The notes under the pieces are model-generated. The model saw only the letters and a program-made list of their open reading frames with translations. It did not search any database and was not told the DNA's origin. Both the position numbers and the translations under genes were made by a program. From contig JAGNSM010000001.1 of the NCBI GenBank assembly GCA_017988045.1, forward strand, positions 1 to 54,856: a stretch of 54,856 bases of DNA, given 5' to 3'. Below, piece after piece: positions 44,118 to 53,688 of this stretch (position 1 is the stretch's first letter; each line of letters opens with the position of its first letter). The DNA is from Fusobacteriaceae bacterium. GTDB taxonomy: Bacteria > Fusobacteriota > Fusobacteriia > Fusobacteriales > Fusobacteriaceae.

Positions 44118-44469
44118 ATTACCACCCTTCCCTTAATAAACATTTCAACTTTTAAAAATCTATACCAAATCGATAGATATTTTATCTATTATACAACTTC
44201 TTTAGATTTTGTCAAGTTAAATTGATTAAAACAAACTCTGTTTGTATCATATATTATTTATATCATTTTCATCTTATTTTTACAGAAAAAACACTTTTAA
44301 AATTTTCATCATTATGATAATATAATCTGTCAAAGATTTTGTTTATTAATATTAAACTAATTCTTTAATTATATAGTAACTGCTTTTTTTTCATAATAAA
44401 ATCAATATATGTTACCAAACTATTTTTAGTTTAAATAAATTTACTTTTAAGAAAGAAGGGATAAAGACA

Positions 44470-46818
44470 TTGGAAAAAGAAAAACAAAACCGAACACCCA
44501 TATTTACAGTTTTAAAGGATGTTTACGCTAAAAGGGAAGTTTTACCTTTTCATGTACCGGGACACAAAAATGGTAAAGGTGCAGAGAAGGATTTTTACGA
44601 GTTCATGGGACCGAACCCTTTTAAGATTGATGTTACTATTTTTGATTTAGTTGATGGATTACATAATCCTAAATCACATATTAAGGAAGCTCAAGAACTG
44701 GCTGCAGAAGCCTTTGGAGCAGAAAGAACTTTATTCTGTGTACATGGTACATCTGGTGCTATTCAAGCTATGATTATTGCTTCAGTTAAGGCTGGAGAAA
44801 AAATATTAGTACCAAGAAATACTCATAAATCAATTAATGCAGGTATAGTATTAAGTGGATGTATTCCAATATATATGCAACCTGATATAGATAAAGATTT
44901 AGGAATTGCTCATGGAGTATCTCCTGAAACAGTAGCAAGAACTCTTGAGGAGCATCCTGATGCTGCTGCTGTTCTTGTAATAAACCCTACTTATTATGGT
45001 GTCGCATCAGATTTAGAGAAAATTGCAGAAATTGTCCATGAATATGATATTCCTCTTCTTGTTGATGAAGCTCATGGCCCGCATTTGAAATTCTCAGAAC
45101 AATTGCCTAAATGTGCTATGGAAGCTGGAGCCGATATCTGTTGCCAAAGTACTCATAAATTAACTGGTGCAATGACTCAAGGTTCTATGTTACACATGCA
45201 AGGTACTAGAGTTAATCATAATCATGTTAAACAATGTTTGAGTTTACTTCAAACAACTTCACCAAACTATATTTTATTAGCTTCACTTGATACTACAAGA
45301 AAGCAACTGGCTACTGAGGGAGACAAATTAATTAATTATTCTATCTCTCTTGCTCAAACTTTTAGAGAAAGAATAAATAAAATTCCTGGTTTCTATTCTT
45401 TTGGTGAAGAAGTTTTAGATGGAAAAGGAAGATTCGCTTTTGACCCAACTAAAGTTACTGTTACTGCAAAAGATTTAGGGTTACATGGATATGAATTAGA
45501 TAAAATGCTTATCGAAAAGTATAATATACAAGTTGAACTTTCTGATTTCTATAATGTTTTATTTATAACAACTTATGGTGATAGAGAAAAAGATATTAAT
45601 AAAGTTTTAGAAGCTTTAGAAGATATATCAAATACTTACAAAGATCATAATAAATTAACTAAAAATTTCAAAGAAATTCCAAATATCCCTGAAATGGTTC
45701 AAATACCAAGAGAATCATTCTTCTCTGATAAAACTAAAAAACCTATTGAAGAATGTGTTGGAGAAATTTCTGGAGAATCAATTTTTGCTTATCCTCCGGG
45801 AATACCCGTTTTAGTTTCGGGAGAAAGAATTACAGAAGATATGTTACAATATATATTTGAACTTCGTGATTCTGACCTTTCTGTTCAAGGAATGGAAGAT
45901 TCAGAACTCAAATATTTAAATATAATTACTGAAGATGACGCAATGTACATCTATGTTGAAAAAATGAATAACTTCTTATTAGGTGTCCCTTATAACCTTG
46001 GTTGTTCAAGAACTGGAAGTGAATATTCAATAGATTATTTATTCCAAACATATCCTGATTATAAAAATGATATTGAACTTCTACCAATAGAGAAATTTGA
46101 TGAAGATTTTAATGAGAAAAAACTTAGATTCCTTAATTCTACAGTAGCAGTATGTGAAAACTTAAGAAACAGGGTAGAAGAGTTAGTTGGCAATGGTTAT
46201 AGACCTGTAACTGTTGGTGGAGATCACTCAATTGCTCTTGGAAGTATTGCTGGAGTTTCTCAAATCAAAAAAAATATTGGAATTTTGTGGATAGATGCAC
46301 ATGGAGACCTTAACACTGATGTTACTACTCCAACTGGAAATATTCATGGTATGCCTCTCGCAGCTGTTATTGGAGAAGGAGATAGCAGACTTACAGATAT
46401 TATGAAAGACAACTTTGTAAATCCTTCAAATGTTTTCTTGTTTGGTGCTAGAGACCTTGATCCAGGTGAAGTTTTACTTATGAGAGAAAAAGGTATTAGT
46501 TATTTCACTTATGATGAAGTTCAAGAAATGAGTCTTGAAGTTGCTTTAGAAAAAGTTAAAGAAAAATTACAAGTTGAAGAATTACATATAAGTTTTGACT
46601 TAGATTCTATGAATGATCAAAAAATTACTGGAGTAAACACTTTAGTAGCAAATGGTGGATTTGAGAAAAATGAAATTCTTGAAATTTTCCAATACATGTT
46701 TGAAAACTATAAAGTTTCTTCTGTAGATATCGTTGAATTAAACCCTATAACTGACAGAAATGGTCAAACTGTGGAAATGGTTGCAGACTTAATAGACTAT
46801 TTAAATAATGTTCAATAA
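44470..46818 (+). CDS. Fusion protein: fold-I PLP-dependent Orn/Lys/Arg decarboxylase (N-terminal) plus arginase (C-terminal)
   Basis: 782 aa continuous ORF with a TTG start and RBS GAAGGGA. PLP-lysine motif CCQSTHKLTG. From about aa 500 there are arginase-family Mn-ligand motifs: GGDHSIALG, WIDAHGDLNT, TGNIHGMPLA, SFDLDS, VELNP. Confidence 0.85.
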   Translation: MEKEKQNRTPIFTVLKDVYAKREVLPFHVPGHKNGKGAEKDFYEFMGPNPFKIDVTIFDLVDGLHNPKSHIKEAQELAAEAFGAERTLFCVHGTSGAIQAMIIASVKAGEKILVPRNTHKSINAGIVLSGCIPIYMQPDIDKDLGIAHGVSPETVARTLEEHPDAAAVLVINPTYYGVASDLEKIAEIVHEYDIPLLVDEAHGPHLKFSEQLPKCAMEAGADICCQSTHKLTGAMTQGSMLHMQGTRVNHNHVKQCLSLLQTTSPNYILLASLDTTRKQLATEGDKLINYSISLAQTFRERINKIPGFYSFGEEVLDGKGRFAFDPTKVTVTAKDLGLHGYELDKMLIEKYNIQVELSDFYNVLFITTYGDREKDINKVLEALEDISNTYKDHNKLTKNFKEIPNIPEMVQIPRESFFSDKTKKPIEECVGEISGESIFAYPPGIPVLVSGERITEDMLQYIFELRDSDLSVQGMEDSELKYLNIITEDDAMYIYVEKMNNFLLGVPYNLGCSRTGSEYSIDYLFQTYPDYKNDIELLPIEKFDEDFNEKKLRFLNSTVAVCENLRNRVEELVGNGYRPVTVGGDHSIALGSIAGVSQIKKNIGILWIDAHGDLNTDVTTPTGNIHGMPLAAVIGEGDSRLTDIMKDNFVNPSNVFLFGARDLDPGEVLLMREKGISYFTYDEVQEMSLEVALEKVKEKLQVEELHISFDLDSMNDQKITGVNTLVANGGFEKNEILEIFQYMFENYKVSSVDIVELNPITDRNGQTVEMVADLIDYLNNVQ

Positions 46819-46842
46819 AAACTGGCTTTTGCCAGTTTTTTT
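46817..46842 (+). terminator. Rho-independent terminator
   Basis: Stem ACTGGC (46821-46826), loop TTTT, stem GCCAGT (46831-46836), then T7. Confidence 0.7.
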
Positions 46843-46931
46843 ATGATAAAATTAAAAAATATTAATCATTTGTATTTTTAATGATTTTCATATAAAATAG
46901 TATATGAATCTAGATTAAGAAAGGAAATATT

Positions 46932-47909
46932 ATGGATAAAGAGCCAAAAGTTGTAGTCATTGGTGGAGGAACAGGATTATCTGTTTTACTTCGTGGTTTA
47001 AAAAAATTCCCCTTAACTATTAGCGCTATTGTTACTGTCGCTGACGATGGTGGAAGTACTGGAAAACTTCGTGACTTATTTGAAATCCCTGCTCCAGGGG
47101 ATATTAGAAATGTTATGGTTTCTTTAAGTGAAGTAGAACCTCTTATTGAGAAATTATTACAATATAGATTTAAAACTGGTGGGCTAGAAGGACATGCTAT
47201 GGGAAATCTTCTACTTACTGCAGTAGCTGACATTACTGGTAATATGGTTGATGGTATTGAAGCTCTTTCCAAAATCTTAAATGTAAAAGGACGAATTTTA
47301 CCACTAACTAATGAAAGTGTTACTCTCTGTGCAGAGTTTGAAGATGGGTCAGTGGTAGAAGGAGAATCTCACCTTAGTAAAACTGAAAAAAAAATTAAAA
47401 AAGTTTTCTATAAAGAGAATGTTTCAGCTTATGGAGAAACTATTAAAGCCCTTGAAGAAGCTGACTATATTATTTTTAGCATAGGAAGTCTCTATACCAG
47501 TATAATTCCAAATCTTTTAATAGATGAAGTTAGAGACATTCTTTCTAAAAGTAAAGCTAAAAAAATCTACGTTTGCAATGCTATGGAACAACCTGGAGAA
47601 ACAGTTGATTACAAAGTTTCTGACCATATTAACTCAATCAATAACCATTGTAAACATAACATTATTGACTATGTCATAGTTAATGATGATGAAATTCCAA
47701 AAGATGTTTTAGATAAGTATAGACTTGATGGTGTAAAACCTGTAGAAATTGATGAAATTAATATAAATAATCTTAATATAGAACTTGCAAAACATAGAAT
47801 AATAGAAATTAATAAAACTCGAGAAGTTCGTCATAATTCTATTCGATTAGCTTCTGTAATTTATTCAAAGATACTTGATTGGGAATACAAAAGTTATGAA
47901 TTACCATAA
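46932..47909 (+). CDS. yvcK: YvcK/CofD-like gluconeogenesis factor (UDP-sugar binding)
   Basis: 325 aa. VVVIGGGTGLSVLLRGLK, TVADDGGSTGKLR, GPGSLYTSIIPNLL-like motif (IGSLYTSIIPNLL). Confidence 0.85.
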   Translation: MDKEPKVVVIGGGTGLSVLLRGLKKFPLTISAIVTVADDGGSTGKLRDLFEIPAPGDIRNVMVSLSEVEPLIEKLLQYRFKTGGLEGHAMGNLLLTAVADITGNMVDGIEALSKILNVKGRILPLTNESVTLCAEFEDGSVVEGESHLSKTEKKIKKVFYKENVSAYGETIKALEEADYIIFSIGSLYTSIIPNLLIDEVRDILSKSKAKKIYVCNAMEQPGETVDYKVSDHINSINNHCKHNIIDYVIVNDDEIPKDVLDKYRLDGVKPVEIDEININNLNIELAKHRIIEINKTREVRHNSIRLASVIYSKILDWEYKSYELP

Positions 47910-47942
47910 AAAAATCTCGCTAACTTTAGCGAGATTTTTTTT
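47910..47942. terminator. Bidirectional terminator (yvcK / TPR gene A)
   Basis: Stem TCTCGCTA pairs with TAGCGAGA, flanked by an A-run and a T-run. Confidence 0.6.
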
Positions 47943-49908
47943 AAAAATAAGTTCCTGATAATTGCAACACTTTATCAAAATCCATTTTTGCTTCTTCTTC
48001 TTTTCCCATTTTTAAAAGCATTTCTCCTCTTGCATCAAATACTTCTTTATAATACGGGTTTATTTTTATTGCAGTTTCATAATCTTTTAATGCATCATTA
48101 TACAATTTCATTCTCTCTCTAAAATTTCCTCTATACAAATAAGCTTCAGCAAATTTAGAATCAATTTCTATTGCTTTATTAAAATCATAGATGGAATCAT
48201 GAATTGCATATCCATATTTAAATTTTAATATACCTCTAGCATTAAAATATGACGCATTTAAACTATTATATTTTATTGCTTTATCATAATCAGATAATGC
48301 TCCTACAAAATCTTCTTGTTCAGTTCTTATGTCCCCTCTAGTTTTATAAGCTTCTGCATTCTTAGAATCTAATTTCATAACCAATTTTATATCTTCTAAA
48401 GCTTTGTCATAGAATCCATATTTAATCTTTAATTTAGCAATTTTTATATATGACTCTAGGTTTTCTCCTTCATCATCTGCCTCAAGTAAAACATTAAAAT
48501 CATCCAGAGCTTCATTATATTTATCACCTGCAAGTTTTATTTCAGCTCTTAAAGAATGAACTTCTTCATTAACTAATCCTTTACTTATTGCAATATTTAC
48601 ATCTTGAATTGCGATGTCATAATAACCTGTTTCAAAATTAATTTTTCCTTTTAAAACATATATTTCCTTTAAGTTTGAATCTATTTCTATAATTCTATTA
48701 CAATCTTTCAATGCTTCTGAGTATTTTTTAGTTGCATAATATGCTTCTGCTCTACGATAATATCCTAGTACATACAAACTATCTATTTCTATTAATTTTG
48801 TATAATCCTCAATAATTCCCAAATAATCTTTTAATCTATATTTTGCATTTGCTCTATTTGTATAAGCTGTTTTATTATTGGGATCAAGCTCTAAAACTTT
48901 GTCATAATCTTCTATTGCATTGGAAAATTCATTTAGTTTAAAAAAAGTATTTCCTCTATTAGTATAAGCATTCTTATTATTTTTATCTCTTTCTATTATC
49001 TGACAATAATCATCTAAAGCTAATACAAAGTTATTAGTTCTATAATGAATACTTGCACTATAGTTTAATATTCTTAAATTATCTGGATCCAATTCCAAAT
49101 ATTTACTAAAATCTGATAATGCTCCTTCATAATCTTTAGTATTTACTTTAGCTACTCCTCTTTCACTATACGCATGAATTATTGTACTATCAATTCTTAA
49201 TGCTTCTGTGTAATGTTTTATTGCACCTTCAAAATCGCCTATATGCCCTTTAGCATCTGCACAAGTTACATACGCTTCTGCAAAGTCGGGAATAATTTCT
49301 ACTACTTTTTCGAGGTCAGGTATTGCTCCTTTATAGTCTTCTAGACTTAACTTTGATATAGCCCTTCCATAGTATGCTCCATAACTATTATCATCTATAT
49401 CAATAGCCGTTGTATACTCAGCAATTGCTCCATAAATATCCCCTGCTTGAGCTTTTTCGTCACCTTTATCTATGAACTTTTTAGTTCTTTCTTCTTTTTC
49501 TTCACTTTCATCAGAGTTTATTAAAACTATACTTGGACTTAATTCTTTTGCTTTATCTAAATCCAACTTGTACCCTTTTTCATCACCTAAATCTTTTTTT
49601 GCATTTGCTCTATATTTATATGCTTCTGCATTTTCTAGATCTAGTTGAATTGCTGAACTGTAATCTGATATTGCTCTGTAATAATCTCCTAAATAATGTT
49701 TTGCATTTCCTCTTTTTATATATGTTTCAGAATCTTCAGGATTTAATCTTAAAGCTTCTGTAAAGTCTGCAATTGCACCATTATAGTCTTCTATTGCTGT
49801 CTTTGCCATTCCTCTTCCAAGATATGCATCTATATTTTGTGGATCTTTTTCTAAAACTTCTGTATAACTTTCTATTACTTCCCTAAATTCACCTTTTATA
49901 TCATTCAT
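47941..49908 (-). CDS. Tetratricopeptide-repeat protein, paralog A (no signal peptide)
   Basis: 655 aa made up almost wholly of 34-aa TPR units (A.Y..RG.AK...DY.GAI.D...AL.L.P). An acidic linker SDESEEKEERTKK follows the first 3-4 repeats. Confidence 0.8.
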   Translation of the reverse strand: MNDIKGEFREVIESYTEVLEKDPQNIDAYLGRGMAKTAIEDYNGAIADFTEALRLNPEDSETYIKRGNAKHYLGDYYRAISDYSSAIQLDLENAEAYKYRANAKKDLGDEKGYKLDLDKAKELSPSIVLINSDESEEKEERTKKFIDKGDEKAQAGDIYGAIAEYTTAIDIDDNSYGAYYGRAISKLSLEDYKGAIPDLEKVVEIIPDFAEAYVTCADAKGHIGDFEGAIKHYTEALRIDSTIIHAYSERGVAKVNTKDYEGALSDFSKYLELDPDNLRILNYSASIHYRTNNFVLALDDYCQIIERDKNNKNAYTNRGNTFFKLNEFSNAIEDYDKVLELDPNNKTAYTNRANAKYRLKDYLGIIEDYTKLIEIDSLYVLGYYRRAEAYYATKKYSEALKDCNRIIEIDSNLKEIYVLKGKINFETGYYDIAIQDVNIAISKGLVNEEVHSLRAEIKLAGDKYNEALDDFNVLLEADDEGENLESYIKIAKLKIKYGFYDKALEDIKLVMKLDSKNAEAYKTRGDIRTEQEDFVGALSDYDKAIKYNSLNASYFNARGILKFKYGYAIHDSIYDFNKAIEIDSKFAEAYLYRGNFRERMKLYNDALKDYETAIKINPYYKEVFDARGEMLLKMGKEEEAKMDFDKVLQLSGTYF

Positions 49909-50156
49909 GGAAATCTCCCTTCAAGTTCATAGATATTTTATTCTAGTATACCTCATAAATTTTATCTTGCTTAGTTTTATAATAAAATTTAATTTCATAA
50001 AAAATATAAAATATTAATAAAAATTAAATATTAAAAAGCAGCTTACTCTTTTAAAATCTTAATATCCTAAGCAAGTTATACTTAGTCTAATTTTCTCTAA
50101 TAATAAGCTCTTATTTTTATTATTTTTCAAATATTATATAAATGACTCAATTAATC

Positions 50157-52112
50157 TTATACTCCTTCTACCCCATAATAATTTACTGAAGAAAAATTAT
50201 TTTCCTGACTAATTTTAGCTAACATAGCTTCTCTTAATTGTAAAACTTCTTTATATTGCGGTTTTAATTTCAATGCCTTTTCATAATCTTTTAATGCATC
50301 ATTATATAATTTCATTTTACATTTTTGAGTTCCCCTATTCATATAAGCTTCCGCAAAATTCGAATCAATTTCTATTGCCTTATTAAAGTCATATAATGAT
50401 TCTGGAGTACTTGATCTATTTTTTATTTTTAACATTCCTCTAGCATTAAAATATGTAGCATTTAAGCTATTGTATTTTATTGCTTTATCATAATCAGATA
50501 ACGCTCCTGAAAAATCCTCTCTATCAGCTCTGATATCCGCTCTTATTTTATAAACTTCTGGGTTTTTAGAATCTAATTTCATAACTAATTTTATATCATC
50601 TAAAGCTTTATCGTAAAATCCATATTTGCTCTTCAGCTTAGCTATTTTTATGTACGATTCTATATTTTCTATTTCTTCATCTGCTTCAAGTATTACATTA
50701 AAGTCATCTAAAGCATCATTATATTTATCTGCAGCAAGTTTAATTTCAGCTTTTAGCAAATATAACTCTTCTGAAACAGAACCTTTTTTTATTGCTTTAT
50801 TTATATCATTTAAAGCTTCATCATAATAACCAGTTTCAAAATTAACTTTCGCTTTTAATTCATAAGTGTCTTTAAGACTAGGCTCTATTTCTATTACTCT
50901 ATTGCAATCTTTCAATGCTTCTGGATATTTTTTAGTTGCATAATATGCTTCTGCTCTACGATAATATCCTAGTACATACAAGCTATCTATTTCTATTAAT
51001 TTTGTATAATCCTCAATAATTCCCAAATAATCTTTTAATCTATATTTTGCATTTGCTCTATTTGTATAAGCTGTTTTATTATTGGGATCAAGTTCCAAAA
51101 CCTTATTGTAATCCTCTATTGCATTGGAAAATTCATTTAGTTTAAAATAAGTATTTCCTCTATTAGTGTAAGCATTCTTATTATTTGTATCTCTCTCTAA
51201 AATTTGACAATAATCATCTAAGGCTAAAATAAAATTACTTGTTCTATAATGAATACTTGCACAATAGTTTAATACTCTTAAATTATCTGGATCCAATTCT
51301 AAATATTTACTAAAATCTGATAATGCTCCTTCATAATCTTTAATATTTACTTTTGCTACTCCTCTTTCACTATACGCATGAATTATTGTGCCATCTATTC
51401 TTAATGCTTCTGTATAATGTTTTATTGCACCTTCAAAATCGCCTATATGTCCTTTAGCATCTGCACAAGTTACATACGCTTCTGCAAAATCTGGAATAAT
51501 TTCTACTACCTTTTCAAGGTCAGGTATTGCACACTTGTAATCTTCTAAGCTTAATTTGGCCATAGCCCTTCCATAATATGCTCCGTAACTATTATCATCT
51601 ATATCAATAGCCGTTGTATACTCAGTTATTGCTCCATAGACATCACCTGCTTGAGTTTTTTCATCACCTTTATCTATAAATTTTTTTGTTCTTTCTTCTT
51701 TTTCTTCACTTTCATCAGAACTTACTAAAGCTATACTTGGACTTAATTCTTTTGCTTTATCTAAATCTGCTTTATATCCTTTTTCATCTCCTAAATCTTT
51801 TTTTGCATTTGCTCTGTATTTATATGCTTCTGCATTTTTGGGATCTAGTTGAATCGCTGAAGTATAATCTGATATTGCTCTATAATAATCTCCTAAATAG
51901 TGTTTTGCATTTCCTATTTTTATATATGTTTCAGAATCTTCAGGATTTAATCTTAAAGCTTCTGTAAAGTCTACAATTGCGCCATTATAATCTTCAATTG
52001 CTATTTTAGCCATTCCTCTTCCAAGATATGCTTCTATATTTTGAGGATCTCTTTCTAAAGTTTCTGTATAACTTTCTATTACTTCCTTAAATTCATTTTG
52101 TATATCATTCAT
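50157..52112 (-). CDS. Tetratricopeptide-repeat protein, paralog B
   Basis: Same architecture as paralog A. ATG 52112 (RBS AAAGGAGA) matches the MNDI start of paralog A. The ORF-track TTG 52130 would include the RBS itself. Confidence 0.8.
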   Translation of the reverse strand: MNDIQNEFKEVIESYTETLERDPQNIEAYLGRGMAKIAIEDYNGAIVDFTEALRLNPEDSETYIKIGNAKHYLGDYYRAISDYTSAIQLDPKNAEAYKYRANAKKDLGDEKGYKADLDKAKELSPSIALVSSDESEEKEERTKKFIDKGDEKTQAGDVYGAITEYTTAIDIDDNSYGAYYGRAMAKLSLEDYKCAIPDLEKVVEIIPDFAEAYVTCADAKGHIGDFEGAIKHYTEALRIDGTIIHAYSERGVAKVNIKDYEGALSDFSKYLELDPDNLRVLNYCASIHYRTSNFILALDDYCQILERDTNNKNAYTNRGNTYFKLNEFSNAIEDYNKVLELDPNNKTAYTNRANAKYRLKDYLGIIEDYTKLIEIDSLYVLGYYRRAEAYYATKKYPEALKDCNRVIEIEPSLKDTYELKAKVNFETGYYDEALNDINKAIKKGSVSEELYLLKAEIKLAADKYNDALDDFNVILEADEEIENIESYIKIAKLKSKYGFYDKALDDIKLVMKLDSKNPEVYKIRADIRADREDFSGALSDYDKAIKYNSLNATYFNARGMLKIKNRSSTPESLYDFNKAIEIDSNFAEAYMNRGTQKCKMKLYNDALKDYEKALKLKPQYKEVLQLREAMLAKISQENNFSSVNYYGVEGV

Positions 52113-52271
52113 GGAAATATCTCCTTTCAATTTAACATATCATTTTTATAAGTATACCTCAATTTTCTTCGATTGCCTAGTTCAATAATTAGAAAATAGT
52201 ATTTTTTTTAAATAAATTTTATTATTATAAAGCAAAAAGTTTCATTTACAAACATATTTTGTCTATATATA

Positions 52272-52305
52272 AAAAAATAGAGTGCAAATTACACTCTAAT
52301 TTTTT
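52272..52305 (-). terminator. Rho-independent terminator of the U32 gene
   Basis: Stem TAGAGTG (52278-52284) pairs with CACTCTA (52292-52298). T7 follows on the minus strand. Confidence 0.55.
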
Positions 52306-53515
52306 ATAATTTCATTCTAAACATATCCATTTCTTCTACCTTATCTTCCAAATAAACTTTTACAATAGCATTTGTATTTACTACCTCTAGCTCTTCACCA
52401 GTTTTAATTACAATAAATTTCTCTATGTTTATTTTTTTAGGCGGTCCAATTGGTTTTATTAATTCAATTTCATCTGTAATCGCTAATCTATTTCTTATTT
52501 CTAAAATAGTTGCTCCATCATCTTCATGTCCAATTACTTTAGCAACTAGTTTATGAGTTTGTGAATAAGAGTTTCTATCATTATAATTTTGCCCTTTTTC
52601 ATCTGGACGTCCTTCATAGAACCCCTCTGTATATAGTCTATGAGAAATAGTTTGTAACTCTGTTAACCATTCGTGATTATACTTGTAATCTCCACTATAA
52701 TAACTATCTAGTGCTTCTCTGTATGTTTTTACTGCATTAGCTACATAGTAAATACCCTTCATTCTTCCTTCTATTTTTAAAGAATCAATTCCTGCATCTA
52801 ATACTTTATCAATAAACTCTATTGAGCACAAATCTTTTGAATTAAAAATATGCGTTCCATGTTCATCTTCATAGATTGGAAAATATTCATCTGGTCTTTT
52901 TTCTTCTACCAACTTATATTTCCATCTACATGCTTGGGCACAATCTCCACGATTTGCATCTCTCCCTGTCATATAGTTTGATAATAGGCATCTTCCCGAA
53001 ATTGCTATGCACATTGCTCCATGTACAAAGGCTTCGATTTCTATATCAGGAACTTTAACTCTTATTTCCGCCAGTTCCTCTAATGAAACCTCTCTTGCCA
53101 TAACTACCCTTTTTGCTCCCAATTCTTTCCACATTTTTACTGAACGCCAATTCGTATTACTTGCTTGAGTGCTAACACTTATTGGAAGATTTGAATTTTC
53201 TTTTACTACTTGAAAAACGCCCATATCCGCAACAATAACTGCATCTACTCCTATTTTTTCAAGAGTTTTAACATATTCAGGTAAAATTTCTAATTCTTTA
53301 TTATGTGCTATTATATTTAAAGTTACATATACTCTTTTATTTCTAGCATGAGCATAGTCTACAGCTTCTTGAAGCTCCTCATCACTAAAATTTGTACTAC
53401 CTGCTCTTAAATTAAACATTTTCCCACCAAGAAACACTGCATCGGCTCCATAATGAAATGCCATTTTTAATTTTTCCATATTTCCTGCTGGTGCTAATAA
53501 TTCTGCTCTTTTCAT
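52304..53515 (-). CDS. U32 family protein (annotated collagenase/peptidase family; probable Fe-S dependent RNA or quinone hydroxylase type)
   Basis: ELLAPAGN N-terminus and a TIM-barrel-like layout. Four-Cys motif C-x6-C-x15-C-x3-C in GAMCIAISGRCLLSNYMTGRDANRGDCAQACRW. ATG 53515 is preferred over GTG 53521 on RBS spacing. Confidence 0.8.
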   Translation of the reverse strand: MKRAELLAPAGNMEKLKMAFHYGADAVFLGGKMFNLRAGSTNFSDEELQEAVDYAHARNKRVYVTLNIIAHNKELEILPEYVKTLEKIGVDAVIVADMGVFQVVKENSNLPISVSTQASNTNWRSVKMWKELGAKRVVMAREVSLEELAEIRVKVPDIEIEAFVHGAMCIAISGRCLLSNYMTGRDANRGDCAQACRWKYKLVEEKRPDEYFPIYEDEHGTHIFNSKDLCSIEFIDKVLDAGIDSLKIEGRMKGIYYVANAVKTYREALDSYYSGDYKYNHEWLTELQTISHRLYTEGFYEGRPDEKGQNYNDRNSYSQTHKLVAKVIGHEDDGATILEIRNRLAITDEIELIKPIGPPKKINIEKFIVIKTGEELEVVNTNAIVKVYLEDKVEEMDMFRMKL

Positions 53516-53688
53516 ATTCACTCACTCCTTAAATTTTACCTATAAATTATACTATTCTATACGAAAAAAGTCAATATTAGAAATATCCTAGATTTTTTGC
53601 TATATTTTGTTCCTTTAACTTTAAAAAAATTGAAATTATTCTGTTAATGTTGTAAACTGTATTAATATCTATTTAAAGGCGGAGAAAA

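Larger units (their letters stand above)
47941..52303. repeat. Tandem duplication of about 2.2 kb (TPR gene plus its upstream region)
   Basis: The copies are offset by about 2204 nt. A 110-nt run is identical between them (48779-48888 = 50983-51092). The 5' two-thirds of the genes look near-identical by eye, and the 3' thirds and upstream regions are more diverged. Confidence 0.85.

Noticed and set aside
44118-44469. Possible riboswitch or ncRNA in the 352-bp gapN / decarboxylase-arginase spacer
   Set aside because: The region is almost pure AT, with no GC-rich helices or recognisable riboswitch cores. It reads most simply as divergent promoters, and contains only a small ATAGATA-TTTT-ATCTAT-type inverted repeat.
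46910-47272. 120-aa minus-strand ORF
   Set aside because: It is antisense to the conserved N-terminus of yvcK. The composition is P/S-rich and there is no RBS.
49533-49763. L-rich antisense ORFs inside both TPR genes (49533-49763 and 51686-51967)
   Set aside because: They are mirror images of TPR codons. They look conserved between the copies only because the underlying DNA is duplicated.
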